Below, in pieces: positions 1 to 12,051 of a stretch of DNA of 64,000 bases; position 1 is the stretch's first letter; each line of letters opens with the position of its first letter. The notes below the pieces were generated by a model, which saw nothing but the letters and a program-made list of their open reading frames with translations, searched no databases and was not told the DNA's origin. The position numbers and the translations under genes are program-made. Source of the DNA: Styela clava (Eukaryota); NCBI RefSeq assembly GCF_964204865.1, contig NC_135259.1, positions 14,012,001 to 14,076,000 on the forward strand. Direction: 5' to 3'.

Positions 1-1014
1 GTCTGATGCCAATTTGTTTACCCAGTACAGCTAGGTATTTTGCCAACGTGAACCTATGGATGGTTTTTATATTTAAAAGCTAAAAACGATGAATAGTTGT
101 TTGCAATTGACCCCCGAAATATTGTTTTAATATTATTTACTGTCGAAACGTATAATGTTTGCGGATAACGTATTTGAAAAACTTTGATTTGTAATAAAGT
201 GTATCGCGACTTTTTCATTTCGTTATTATTGTGCCGTAGGCCGAAAAAGACTTGGAACCACTTTCTTAGGGCTTTTTAATCATCATCATTACATCTCATT
301 GTTATATCATAAACGTTATCGCAGCATTATTGCCTGTAGCTGCATAAAAGGTATAATACTGTAGTTCCCTTATTAGATTCAATTAATGCAAAGTGAGACG
401 AATAATAACTTTATCTGATATTGGTGCAAGAGAAAGGACCAGAAAAGACCAATTCATCTTCGCCATACTACGCCCATATTGAATGTATTTAGTTAGAAAA
501 ATTTTGAAGGTATTACGAGAAATAAGAAACCGCACTGAGGCACACTGAATTATCGCGCCTATCGGCTATTAATGAAGTCACGGGATGTTGAGATTTCGTT
601 CCTTTTTTGTATCCCCGCGGCCCAGAAAGTCCAGATACTGTACTTGTTGTCCGGTCGTAGGGTTCAAAAATACTGAAAACTTGGTATTTTTCATCCCGTG
701 TTCCTTTGACAGTAGCCTCTGTGTTCCAAATTACCTATACAGTAAATATATATATATATATATATATGTTCATTCATTACGGAGTTGATAATCTGATAAA
801 CAAAATTAGGAGGTTATAGTATGAAAACACCATTTTGCACAAAAAAATGTAAAATTATGCACGCGCACTCTTTTTATGAACGTTTTGCCCATGACCAGAT
901 TGAAGTTCATTCTAATCGGCAGAACATGCTATTTCTATATGCTTCTATGAATAGAAATCAACGTCTAGTATTATTTCGAAACTTCTAGCTTCTAAACTTA
1001 AAATAACATTTTGT

Positions 1015-1647
1015 ATGATGGCTATGAGTACTTGTAAAATTCTGGTTTTATTCAATGCCTTGTTTTACATTGTTTCCTGTCAAAACTGTGGCCTTCCGGA
1101 ACCCCGGGACAAAATCGACTGGAGGAGATTGAAGGGAATTTGGTATAGATCCATAGTGGAGAGAAATGGCGCCAATGATTGTGTTGCAATTGAAGATATA
1201 AAACCCACAAGTGATGGTTTTAGCTCTAATTTTTTTAATGTGAAATATCCTCAACATTTGGTGTTTGTGGACTGGATTCGCACTGGTTTCGAAGTATACA
1301 GCAGACGTGCAGAATTTGAAAGTTATATCCAAGACGTGTGTCTGAATGGTGGTCAAAACCTTATCTTGCGTAACGCAACACGAAATTCGAAAATTATTGA
1401 ATTCAGGAAACATGTCGTCTTAACCAACTATAAACATTACGTCATCGTGTTGGGCTGCGGTCAAGGACAAAGACACATCGTGGCCCATACTCAGCGCAAG
1501 CGTCCAACAATCAACGATATGCGCCTTATACACAACAGAATTGCAACCATCGGGCATGGCTGGAATGGAGAGCAGTTGTATTTTACTGGTTGTGTCAGTG
1601 GAACAACCGGGGCAAGCAATGAAACCCTTTTCCCAACTAAAAACTGA
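1015..1647 (+). CDS. Secreted lipocalin, apolipoprotein D-like (copy 1), intronless, 210 aa
   Basis: Hydrophobic signal peptide. SCR1 motif 'IDWRRLKGIWY', SCR2-like 'TNYKHYVIVLGC' and a C-terminal Cys. Four Cys follow the ApoD-type pattern. Clear paralogue of 3572-4216 and 5600-6181. Confidence 0.8.
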   Translation: MMAMSTCKILVLFNALFYIVSCQNCGLPEPRDKIDWRRLKGIWYRSIVERNGANDCVAIEDIKPTSDGFSSNFFNVKYPQHLVFVDWIRTGFEVYSRRAEFESYIQDVCLNGGQNLILRNATRNSKIIEFRKHVVLTNYKHYVIVLGCGQGQRHIVAHTQRKRPTINDMRLIHNRIATIGHGWNGEQLYFTGCVSGTTGASNETLFPTKN

Positions 1648-3571
1648 TCTAAATGGAAAGAATTTCAATAGGTTATAATATTTACAAGCATTTAATGGTA
1701 CTTATCTGGTAAACAAACTATAGGGATATATATATCTCATTGTTCTACCACAAAGTTGACATACTGTTTCCAATTTTAAGAAGTATGATCTTTTTGTAGA
1801 TTCCCTTTTTTTACTGTAATACAAATGTAGAATAAATATTAAAAAATTTTTCAATTTCTATAAAGTGAAGAATAGACGTACCACTCTGTCAAGAAAAAAG
1901 TATCCTTGTATGATAAGCCATAACATTGCCTGGTCTTTGAATCACTTTTGTTTTACAAAAGATTGTTACACAATAATTGTGTTACATATCAATCACATTT
2001 GTTTTGCGTATTTTGTGATGGGATGGTAAAGTTCACTCTTTCACAGCCCAAAGGGCTCTCCAACATGGTCCAGGTGAACCCACAGGGATCCACAGCGCGA
2101 TTACAGGCGGTCCACAGATAAAGTGCTAGGTATTGGACACGTGAGTGGACCTGTGGATCGTTTTAATATTTTGTTGTTGTTGTTCTTAGTAATTTTCGTC
2201 TTCATCATTATAAAATCGCTTTTCTCTTCGAATTTTGGACCAATTGCTTTGAAATTTTCAGTAGTTGAAGATTGATTTTTCTGCTAGAAGGCTATTACTT
2301 TTATTTCTTTCTAAATTTTCTATGAATCCTATGGGATCTAATATTTCATCCAATATTTAGCTGAATTACTTTTTAATATGGGAACACGGCTCATTCTACA
2401 AATTGTTGCTACTCGAAACTCGGAAGTTTTTGAGGGTACGGTACCGGTAACGTCAAAGGCAAGGACTGCTTCGCTCTGGGCCACGTGTCCATATATTTCA
2501 CCCAAAGTGGCGGTTTGTCCACTTTCGTGTATTCCCCGCGGTCCAGACAATTGAGATGCTTTGAGGAGTTAACTTGCTGTATTGTATACCGACCCTTGGG
2601 CTCAAAGTTATTGAAAATTTGATGTTCCTGATCCCATGCTCCTTCATTTGAAGAGATCGTGCGTAAACAGGACTGCTGTGAAGATCATAATTCATGTAGC
2701 TACATTGTTGCTACAGTATCCATATCCTTTCAAATTGCATATGCAGTATATATATTAATTTATTACGGAGTTGATAATCTGATAAAATAAAACGACAGCA
2801 GCAATTGCCACTGCGTAATGGGAACAATTTCCGACCTCCGACGTACGCTATTTTTATGATCTTTTTGCACATGAAAAGAAATAATCGGCGGAATGAATAT
2901 ATTGTAATAAGTAGCCTGAGGATTAATTACTTTATCAACAGCATCTGCAAAAAAGAAATTACTAATGTGAGCATATGGGCGTGAGGATATTGGGACTCAA
3001 CAACAATGATGTTAAAAAGGAAGTCATTATAGCAAATGCAGGAAGTGGAACCTAAAATGCGGGACGTCCAATAGAATTTTCAAATTTCAGCAAATCATTT
3101 TCAGTTGCTTCTGCAGTATCTAGCCAAAGAAGAATCAGTTTAAATTAATTTTCATATTTACTAAAATCGTAGGTTTAAATAATCTAGGAAGATGTTATAA
3201 AAGTATGTGTTTGCGAGTTTTATATAGTAAACTAAAAGACATTTATTGCAATTTTTCTGTGCATTATATTGATTTAGTCAAGACAGTTCATGATCAGTTA
3301 TGCGTGATAAGAACAATTTCAGCCCAACAGTCGGTGCGTCTCTTCAAATCAATTAAAGCCTATAAAGTTAGTATGAAATCAGCATTTTGCAAAGATACCG
3401 GTTAAATTATGCTCACACGTTTTATGATATATAATACGCAAATTAAGAAATTTGGATATTTTCTTTATCAGCGGAAGTTCTTGTTATTATTACTTCTATA
3501 TGATTCTAAGAATAAGAATGATTTATATATATGTTTATAGATCCTAGTTTCCAAACGTGAAATAGTGTATA

Positions 3572-4216
3572 ATGGCTGTGAGAATTTCTACAATTCTAGT
3601 TTTATTCAACGCCTTGTTCTACATTGTTTGCTGTCAAAACTGCGGCCTCCCAGAACCTCAAAGAAAAATCAACTTCAAAAGATTGAAGGGAGTTTGGTAT
3701 AGATCCGTATTGGATAGGGACGGGACCAATGATTGTGTTGCAATTAAAGATATAAAGCCAACGTGTGACGGTTTTAGCTCTAATTTTTTTAATGTGAAAT
3801 ATCCTCAACATTTGGTGTTTGTGGACTGGATTCGCAATGGTTTCGGAGTGTACAGTAGACGTGCAGAGTTAAAAAATTACATCAAAGAGGTTTGTCCAAA
3901 TGGTGGTCAAAACCTTATCTTGCCTAAAGCAACACGGGATTCGAAAATTATTGAATTTAGGAAACATGTCTTCTTCACAGACTATAAAAACTACTTCATC
4001 GTGCTGGCTTGCGGACAGGGAAAAAGATTCACTGTGGTACATACTCCGCACGAACGCCCAACAATCAACGATATGCGCCTGATACACAACAGAATTGCAG
4101 CCATCGGGCATGGCTGGAGTGAAGAGCAGTTATATTTTACTGGTTGCGTCAGTGGAACAAATGGGACAAGCAATGGGACCTTTTTTCCAACAAAAACTGA
4201 AATAAATCAGGGGTAG
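3572..4216 (+). CDS. Secreted lipocalin, apolipoprotein D-like (copy 2), intronless, 214 aa
   Basis: Signal peptide, 'INFKRLKGVWY' and canonical 'TDYKNYFIVLAC'. Aligns end to end with copy 1. Confidence 0.82.
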   Translation: MAVRISTILVLFNALFYIVCCQNCGLPEPQRKINFKRLKGVWYRSVLDRDGTNDCVAIKDIKPTCDGFSSNFFNVKYPQHLVFVDWIRNGFGVYSRRAELKNYIKEVCPNGGQNLILPKATRDSKIIEFRKHVFFTDYKNYFIVLACGQGKRFTVVHTPHERPTINDMRLIHNRIAAIGHGWSEEQLYFTGCVSGTNGTSNGTFFPTKTEINQG

Positions 4217-5599
4217 TTCCAGGACAAAATAAAATTTACAAGAAACCAATGGCATTTATATGGTGAAAGTGATATATTATTCAACCACAAATTTATGATA
4301 TTATTCTGAGTTCTATATAAAAACATGATTCTTTAGTATTCCTGGTTTGTCATACTGTATAAAAAATATGGAATAATTGTATGAGGTATTAATTTACAAT
4401 TTCTACAAATTGACCACCCACGAGGTCTCACATTTATGGACTCCTTGTCTAATAAAGTGCTGTCCAATGCCTTTTCCAAAACTTCTGATTTATTTATAAG
4501 GCATAGCAGTATTTAACAGCACATTTCCTTGTCCTTGAGGTCTATTGAATCATACAACGAGCCTACTTTTTTGGCTTTTCGTTACGAAAGATCAAACTTA
4601 ACACTTATATAGGAAGTATAGAATATTTTTCCTGATTGTTTCTTGTTTTTTGTGTGAAATCCAGCGATATAATGAAATCTATTATATCATGAAAATATAT
4701 TCGGGCTATCATGATGTTGGTCAGCTAATGAAAATGACTAATATTTGGCGATAGTGCATCAATTACTGGAGCACCAACAAGTTTTTTGGAAATGATAAAT
4801 TTATCGAAATCATTTTCTGAAAATCTCTGAAAAAGATGATGTATCAACAATTCCTAGTTTCCCTTTATACTGCAAATATATTAATCAAAACCAAAAGAGA
4901 AAAAGGAAACATAATTACAGCAATTGATTATGCAAACTAGTAAACAAATATAGTTTCACAAATCAAGTGCATTATCACAAAAAAAAAATTTAGTTGTTCT
5001 CTTTCAGTCTCTGTTTATATTCATTTAAATTGCATGGTAAAACCTACAAAATACTCCTAATATTTGGTTACGTTTGCTCCAGCTTAAAGGATTGATATTC
5101 AACGCAACCAATATTATTACATTAGGTCGGTTTCGCTTCCTTTGAAACAGGTAAAGAGGAGATGCTTCTAACAATAGCGTTCACAAACATGAAATTGCTC
5201 ATGTGAGCATATGGGCTTGAACATGTTGTATTTCAAAATTTTAAACTCAAAAAGGAAGTTCCTCTGGGAGCATTAGGTTTGCTACTTTTTCCCTTGACGA
5301 AAAAAATGACCAAATATAGTTTAGGGTTGCATCCGAAGAGTCTTCATTAGTCAATCGTGAACACGCCCGTTCAGAAAAAGAACATGAGAAGATGTTATAG
5401 GATAACTCTTGCCATGTTTTTTAGGGCGAACGTAGTGAGTGTAAATATTGGTGTCGTGCGAGAGACTTTTATGATGACACCTCACAAATTTCATCAATTG
5501 CTTTTGCAATATATATACAGCAAAAAGAGCATCTGCTAGGATAACTTTTTTATATTTACTAGAAACCTAAATTTTGACTATTGATAATTACTATCTGAA

Positions 5600-6181
5600 A
5601 TGAATAAATTCACGTGTCTTTTGGTATTCAACTTTTCGGTTTACTTCACACTATGCTATGGGTGTGGACTTCCAGAGCCCGAGAGAAAAATAAATTGGAA
5701 AAGATTGAAAGGAACTTGGTATAGATCCATGTTACAGAGGAACAACTTCAATGACTGCGTAGCAATCAAAAATATAAAGCCCACAAGTGACGGTTTTACT
5801 TCTAATTTTTACAATTTGAAATATCCTCAACGTTCGGTAATCGTGGATTATGTTTGAAATGGATTCAGAAAATACACGACAAGGTCGGATTTGAAAAGCT
5901 ATGTCAAAGAAGTGTGTTCGAATGAAGGCCGAAGCCTTATAATGCCTGACGCAACACGGAATTCACATCTAGTTGAATTCAGACAATACGTCTTCTATTC
6001 TGATTACAAAAACTACGTTATAACTCTTGCTTGCAATCAAGGAATAAGACGTATAGTTGGACATACTCCACATAAGCGCCCAACAGCCGAAGAAATCCGC
6101 TTGATTCACAACAGAATCGCAAAGATAGGACATGGATGGAGTGAGATGAAGTTGTACTTCACTGGCTGCGTGAAACCGTGA
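5600..6181 (+). pseudogene. Lipocalin copy 3 with one in-frame premature stop (TGA 5855-5857); otherwise an intact 193-codon frame
   Basis: ORF-track pieces 5600..5857 and 5891..6181 are in the same frame. 'VDYV*NGF' aligns to 'VDWIRNGF' of copy 2. GxWY and SDYKNY motifs are retained. AATAAA at ~6243. Confidence 0.75.
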
Positions 6182-6353
6182 CAACAAGGATGCTATCTTT
6201 CCTATGAAAAAGATTTTCAAAAACGCTCACATTTCACAGTTTAATAAAAAGATGACATTATTGCTGTTTCTTGAGCATTTTACAGAAATATATGTTAAAT
6301 TTTGGAACATGAAAATAATTGTCGCCAATGTGTCTGGTAAATTTTGTATGCCA

Positions 6354-6587
6354 ATTTTACGGACCATAAAGCGCTCCCCAAATACGTTTTTTTCTCAAAA
6401 TTCTATTCTGTGCCATAAGCCCGCGCACCTAAAGTATTTATGGATCAGTGCTTTATTGACTACATTCCAAAACCAGCACCAGTGCCAGTTACGCCTCATA
6501 GCCTGGTGATGTATGAATAAAAAACTAATCAGAGCCATTTATTGGCAGTGCGCCTCCTAACCCGGTGAGCCTTATGGTCCGTAAAAT
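6354..6587. mobile_element. MITE, Tc1/mariner-pogo-like
   Basis: Perfect 16-bp terminal inverted repeat: ATTTTACGGACCATAA (6354-6369) / TTATGGTCCGTAAAAT (6572-6587). Superfamily assignment is tentative. Confidence 0.6.
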
Positions 6588-7961
6588 ATTGTGATTTCGT
6601 TTTATTGTTGCTGTTCTATCAGTTTCCTTGTATGCTTGATTTATTAGCTTTGGATGATTTGATGACGTACATATAATTGAGTAATAAACGGAAATATAAA
6701 TGAACTTCAATTATATGTTTAAACTCATATCGTCGCTGCGTTATGTCAGTAATTTTTACACATTCAAAGTATAAAGCAACAATTTGGAAGTTACTGCTGA
6801 AGATATGTTAGGGTAAATTGTATAATTTTTGAAAAAATTCACATCTTTAATTTTCTGTTTTATCCAGTTTAGAGAAACAAACCACTTGAAGGAAAAAATA
6901 ACATGTAATATTGAATATCAGGGCCGAAAAAACTCCTTCAAATTTTGAAAATTCCCAATACACAATTTTTTCCCCTAAAAAATGAATTCCTCAGTACAAT
7001 TTTTATTCCTACTTAACTCAATAAAATTTTATTAGCGCAATGGAATTTATTCAGCTATTTTACAACTTTTCAAAAGATAACACCCAATGTAGAATGACGA
7101 CAAACCTTTTACGAGAGAAAGGTTAGAATACTAGCTTCACGTGAGAAAGGTGTACGAGTCCCTTTTTGTAACTATTGTTGAAGATCCGAGATTTCAATTT
7201 TAACCATGTCATTCATTTTTAAAATAACATAGAAAATTATAAACGAAAAATTGACAATGCAACGCATTTAGGAGTTTCGCTTATATCGAGGGCACTCGAT
7301 TGTCTTACCTGATAATTAGTTAGTTCCGAGTTATTCGTGTATTTGTTAATTATTCATATAAACTTTAGCTACAGTCAAGACACCAAAACACTATTTTTTA
7401 CAGAAAAACAGTCGCCTATAGAGATTTCTCAGGTGAAAATATTACCCAAATCTATCTTTTGTAAATGTGGATGCGCACATTAGCACAAAGAATGTTCCTA
7501 AATGTCGTTTTATTTCAAATAATACCTTTCCTTACCAGAACATTATTGGCAAAGCGCCTGGTTTACAGACAGCCTTGATCTATGGTAGGAACCACTCCCA
7601 AATCCAAAGACGACTGTGGAATGTCAATTAAAGCGTGTTAGGTAACGAATGCTAAATTGACTCACTGTCTTTTCATGGTAATCGACTGTAACCACCTACT
7701 TCCAAAATTTTTATTTCGCTCTATTGTGAGAATAGAAAGGTGTAACTCACTAAATATCTTTTATTTGCCACGTCAGATGCTTACCAGCTGTATACAAAAA
7801 GAAAATTGTAACTCACAAAACTTTTAGACTAAATGCAGTGATTTTATATTTGCTCCATACACATTTTTGAAAAAATTCAATTTGTAATGTTTCCTAAATT
7901 TCAAGTTTTCTCCGAATCTATAGTTTGTTTCATTGTGCATGAGCGCAAAACTTCTTCTCAT

Positions 7962-9850
7962 CTAGTAATCTGTCTTGGGACGCTTCTTCACCCATGCAGC
8001 AATTTCAGGAATTTTGTTTATGCTTTCATAGAGCTTGAACAATTTTGGTGCATTCTTGAACGCATCTTTATTCTGTCCAAGTGCAAAATACCCGTATGCC
8101 ACCAGTGTCAAGTCTGCAAGGCTGATCTAAAAAATAATATTGCGCCGTGAACAAATTGAATTTGGCTATTATTAGTTTGCAACGACTGAAAACAACTGAT
8201 TCGGGACAGTTCGCCTTTTTAATTTTTGAGATAAAATTGTTCATACTTTTTCAAAGATGAGTTAAAAATGAGCTTACCAATATTTTATATCAACTAATCA
8301 TCGCTTGTTTTTAAATGAAGTATAAGGAATCATTTTTATTATTTATTTGTGTAAACATGAAAATAGACTAGAGTTGAAACAATTTTTATTCTGAGAATAT
8401 TTGTGACGGGAACTACGGGTTTAAAATATTCAAAAACATTTGGCATATTTTTCTCGACAAAAAACTAGATTTGCAAAACTTTTACCTGTAATGTAGTATA
8501 TTCACTAATTTAGACGTCAAACTAAATTTCATTAAATCGAAATAGATTTTAGAGTCTAACAAAACCAAATCGACCATCCTTTTTCTGAAACTTATAGTTT
8601 TTTAAAAAATTGAAATAAAATTTCTCAGAATTTTAAAGTAGTTTTAAAATGGTATATATACTGTAACACTCACTTTCGTTCCGAAAAATCCTGTCTTGAA
8701 AGTATCTTCTTGGTCCACTATTTTTTCAATTTTGGCAAGCATACTGGGTATCGTTTCATCTTTGTATTCTTGCAGTTTCTATTGGTAATTGTAAACAGTA
8801 TTGAGTGTTATTAATCTTAAATTCTAATTCAACAGCAAAATGTGTTTCGATAACCCGGTAACAACTGTTTCATTTGACGCATGCAGCATTTATATATTTC
8901 ATTTTCAAATCATTAGAACAATCTAGGAATCTTTTATTTGTAATTCGACGAAGAAAAATAAACAACACTATATTTGTGAGCAAGTTTCAAATGAACGATT
9001 TAAACGAGTTTTCGTTGTGAGTTGACTTTATATTTGCCAAATTTTGACATAGGGCATATATACGATCAAGGGCAAAACAACATTTTATTAATCTACATTA
9101 TTTTCACTTTTTTTGACACCGTTTTTCAATTGTACTCAACAACATACAGGTTTCCAAAAATACTGAACCAGGTCATCTGAAAGATATTCATTCTATCTAG
9201 AATTCTAGAGTTAACATAACTTTTATGCAATATGTCCTAAATTAAGGAAACTTCTGGGTTCAGTTAAAAAGAAATTTTCTTCATTTTCGTAGACGTAATT
9301 AAAAAAATTGATGGGTTTAGATTTTTACTTCTGTGCCATGCGGTACTGGCCTCCAATATTGCCAAAATATCCTTACCTTTTCGTCTCCTTGCGCCTTCAC
9401 CCACTTGTCACCAAGGTCGTCCAAGCATCCACAGAACATGTCAACAAAGAATTGTTCCATGGTACATTCTGGAGTCAGCCCATATTCTCTGGCAAGATAT
9501 CGGGCAATTGCCCCTGATTGGCCGTATCTTACACCATCAAGTTCAAGAGCCGGCATTTGTTCAAGTGGCATTGCTGCAATAAATTAAAATATTTATATAT
9601 ATTATTGATTGAAAACCACTAAAGTTGGCTTAGTTACAAAAAAATCAGTCGATGACAAATTGCAATTGTTATATTATAGGTGCGGATGTCAGCAAAGTAT
9701 AGGCATCTCACATTCTTTGATTTCTTTAGAAGCAAAATCCTCCCATTTATATCTCTTATCTTCATATTCAACTCCTTTGTAAGCAAATATGAGTCTTATC
9801 ACTTCGGCACGACCTCTGGCATCAAAATAATGAAGCTTGTAGGCAGGCAT
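7962..9850 (-). CDS. Glutathione S-transferase, sigma class (HPGDS-like), 201 aa. Coding exons 9850-9712, 9573-9377, 8778-8674, 8126-7962
   Basis: Spliced translation [33 protein letters not shown]...[32 protein letters not shown]...ISLADL...[13 protein letters not shown]. Catalytic Tyr, cis-Pro, QS motif and N-cap SxAD are present. All introns are GT-AG and the total is 606 nt. Confidence 0.93.
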
Positions 9851-10090
9851 TGCTTAAAGACAGTTAAATACGATAATACGTGAGACCTACACGAAATAAA
9901 ACAAAATCTATTTTAATAAATATTCATTGACTATTAAAATGACAAAACGTTATTACTTCTGAAATTAGGGTTTTGGAAGAGATTAAATTTTAAAATTTTT
10001 ACAATCAAATGCGATTGCAGTAATTTAAAAAGGTAATCATGTAAACAGTTTTACAACTCGCAAGTTGCACCTTCGCGAAAGAGTGCTTAC

Positions 10091-10170
10091 CAGCAGACAT
10101 AATACCAAATTGTATGTGTTTTAAGATTTTCTGTTATAGAAAGAAAGAATATTATCAGATGATATATATT
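10091..10170 (-). promoter_or_regulatory. Probable GST TATA-like element and non-coding first exon
   Basis: TATATA at ~10162-10168. Strong donor CTG|GTAAGC at 10091/10090. Acceptor TAG|G at 9887/9886, 36 nt before the ATG. Confidence 0.5.
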
Positions 10171-11247
10171 ATGCAATGCCTAAACATATTCATGAGTTTC
10201 ATTCAAAATTTAGTTGCTTCGTAGCAGCGCAAAGCGCGATAAAAACGCACGGCCCATCCCACCTCACGTTCTGTCTGTCTGGGTACATTCGAATGTTTCA
10301 TCGACTTATATGCCGACCTGGGTGGAGTTTCCTTTTTTTAATATTGTCTACTTTAAGAAATGCACTCTTTTCATCACCTCGACCGAGACGATATTTCTTT
10401 CTCTTGAACAAAGTATTTTATTTAAGACGCCTGACAATGTTTAAATAAGTTTCTGATTAATTGTTTAGTTTAAGATTTTTGCTAACTAGTCCTACATCAA
10501 CCTTCATCTTAAAATAACGCGTTTCCAGGTAGAGGATATATATTACAGTTATCACTGAGTTGCTGACATCTATACAAAAATGTAGTTATTATGAGCTATG
10601 GAAAACAAAATATAGTTGAAACGTTGCAAATGGTTACCCTGAGGTAAAAAAAAAAGTTGACAAAAGAATTTTTCAATATGAATTCAATTTATCGAATGCA
10701 AAATTCGAATACGTTACTTAAAAAGTATCTATTTTTACTTTGACCGCTGTTTCTTCTTATGTATTCATAAACTAATTTGGCTGTGTACCAACTACTAACA
10801 TCTTCCATGGAACAATACCAATTCATTGTATGTCCATGCAAGTAATTGAGCTTGAATACTTATTTGAATTACCTTACAGTTTTACATAACAGAGGCAATC
10901 AGACATTTCATAATTACCGACAAATCTTTTTAAATAAAAGTATATATATATATAGTAAGTTATATGTACATCAAAGACGCTTGTTTGAAAATTGGACCCT
11001 TATTTTTGTACCTGATATAGGGTACATGCCATGGCCGAGAGTGTGTGAATAAGCTGTATAAATTTCATTTAAACGAATAGCAAATGTTCGTTATGACTTT
11101 CAACACAATGGGTGAATGTGAACAGGAATTTATTCCGTGGGCGTAGGCTAATAGTAAGGTGAATTGGGGTTCGTGACACCCTTGTGAGATTTTATCAAAG
11201 TTTGCATTTAGCCGTGAAAATCGGGTCACGGTTGAGCTGAAATTGCG

Positions 11248-11258
11248 ATGAGTCAGCA
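11248..11258. promoter_or_regulatory. Antioxidant response element / CNC-sMaf site (ATGAGTCAGCA)
   Basis: Exact match to TGCTGA(G/C)TCAT, ~1.1 kb upstream of the inferred GST transcription start. Confidence 0.45.
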
Positions 11259-12051
11259 ATACGTATTCTTACGAAATAAATCAGGGAATAATTTAAGCAC
11301 GGAACGATGATGAATATGTCATTGATTCTCCATTTTAATGGCCCTCTCATTCTTTATTTTAATTTACAAGTAAATCATACGGCAAAGAATTATTGCATAC
11401 TGTGTGCCAAAATTATGTTATCGAATGTCGAAGGCCTAAGTTCGTAAAAGAATATAAGTAATATTTGTACATTTCACTCAGATATGGCAACATTGCACTT
11501 TCGGCATAAATATTACATAATACTGTAATAAGTATTAACTCAATATCTATATTGTTAAACTAGTACACAAGATTACTTCCACTGAGTGGTAAATACCCAA
11601 ATAATTTTTTTTAAGAGAAATTGTTTCGTGCTTGTAGTTCTCATATATATTACAGTAGCAAAACGCAGCAACGCCCCAAAATTTCGCCTTTGAGGATAAT
11701 AAAATTCTTGTGATTTTGATTTTTCCTCGTGGAAAACGTAATTATCGTTTTTATTTATTTGCGATATGTTGATGTGATAAAACTGAAAATTTTGAAACTA
11801 ACATTTTTCTGAAAACATTATTGAAATTTGATTTTTGTAAGCTTTCTTTTTATTATTTTAGTGCGCCGTATTGGATGATTTTTTGCAATTTCACAAGTGT
11901 CAATATACAATATCGATCTCCATAAGATAATAACAAAGAATAAGGACAAAGTATCGCACATATTTAGCCAGTCGACAGATGTATCCAGTATGATTATTTT
12001 ACATTGAACGCAACTTCAATATGAAGTCCGATCCGTCTTGTCAACAAAATT

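Noticed and set aside
1048-6220. Antisense ORFs overlapping the lipocalin genes
   Set aside because: Shadow frames of the sense CDS. Their similarity just mirrors the paralogy.
5855-6260. Selenocysteine recoding of the lipocalin 3 TGA
   Set aside because: The TGA aligns to Arg, not Cys. The 3' UTR to AATAAA is only ~60 nt and I see no SECIS-like stem with the paired GA quartet.
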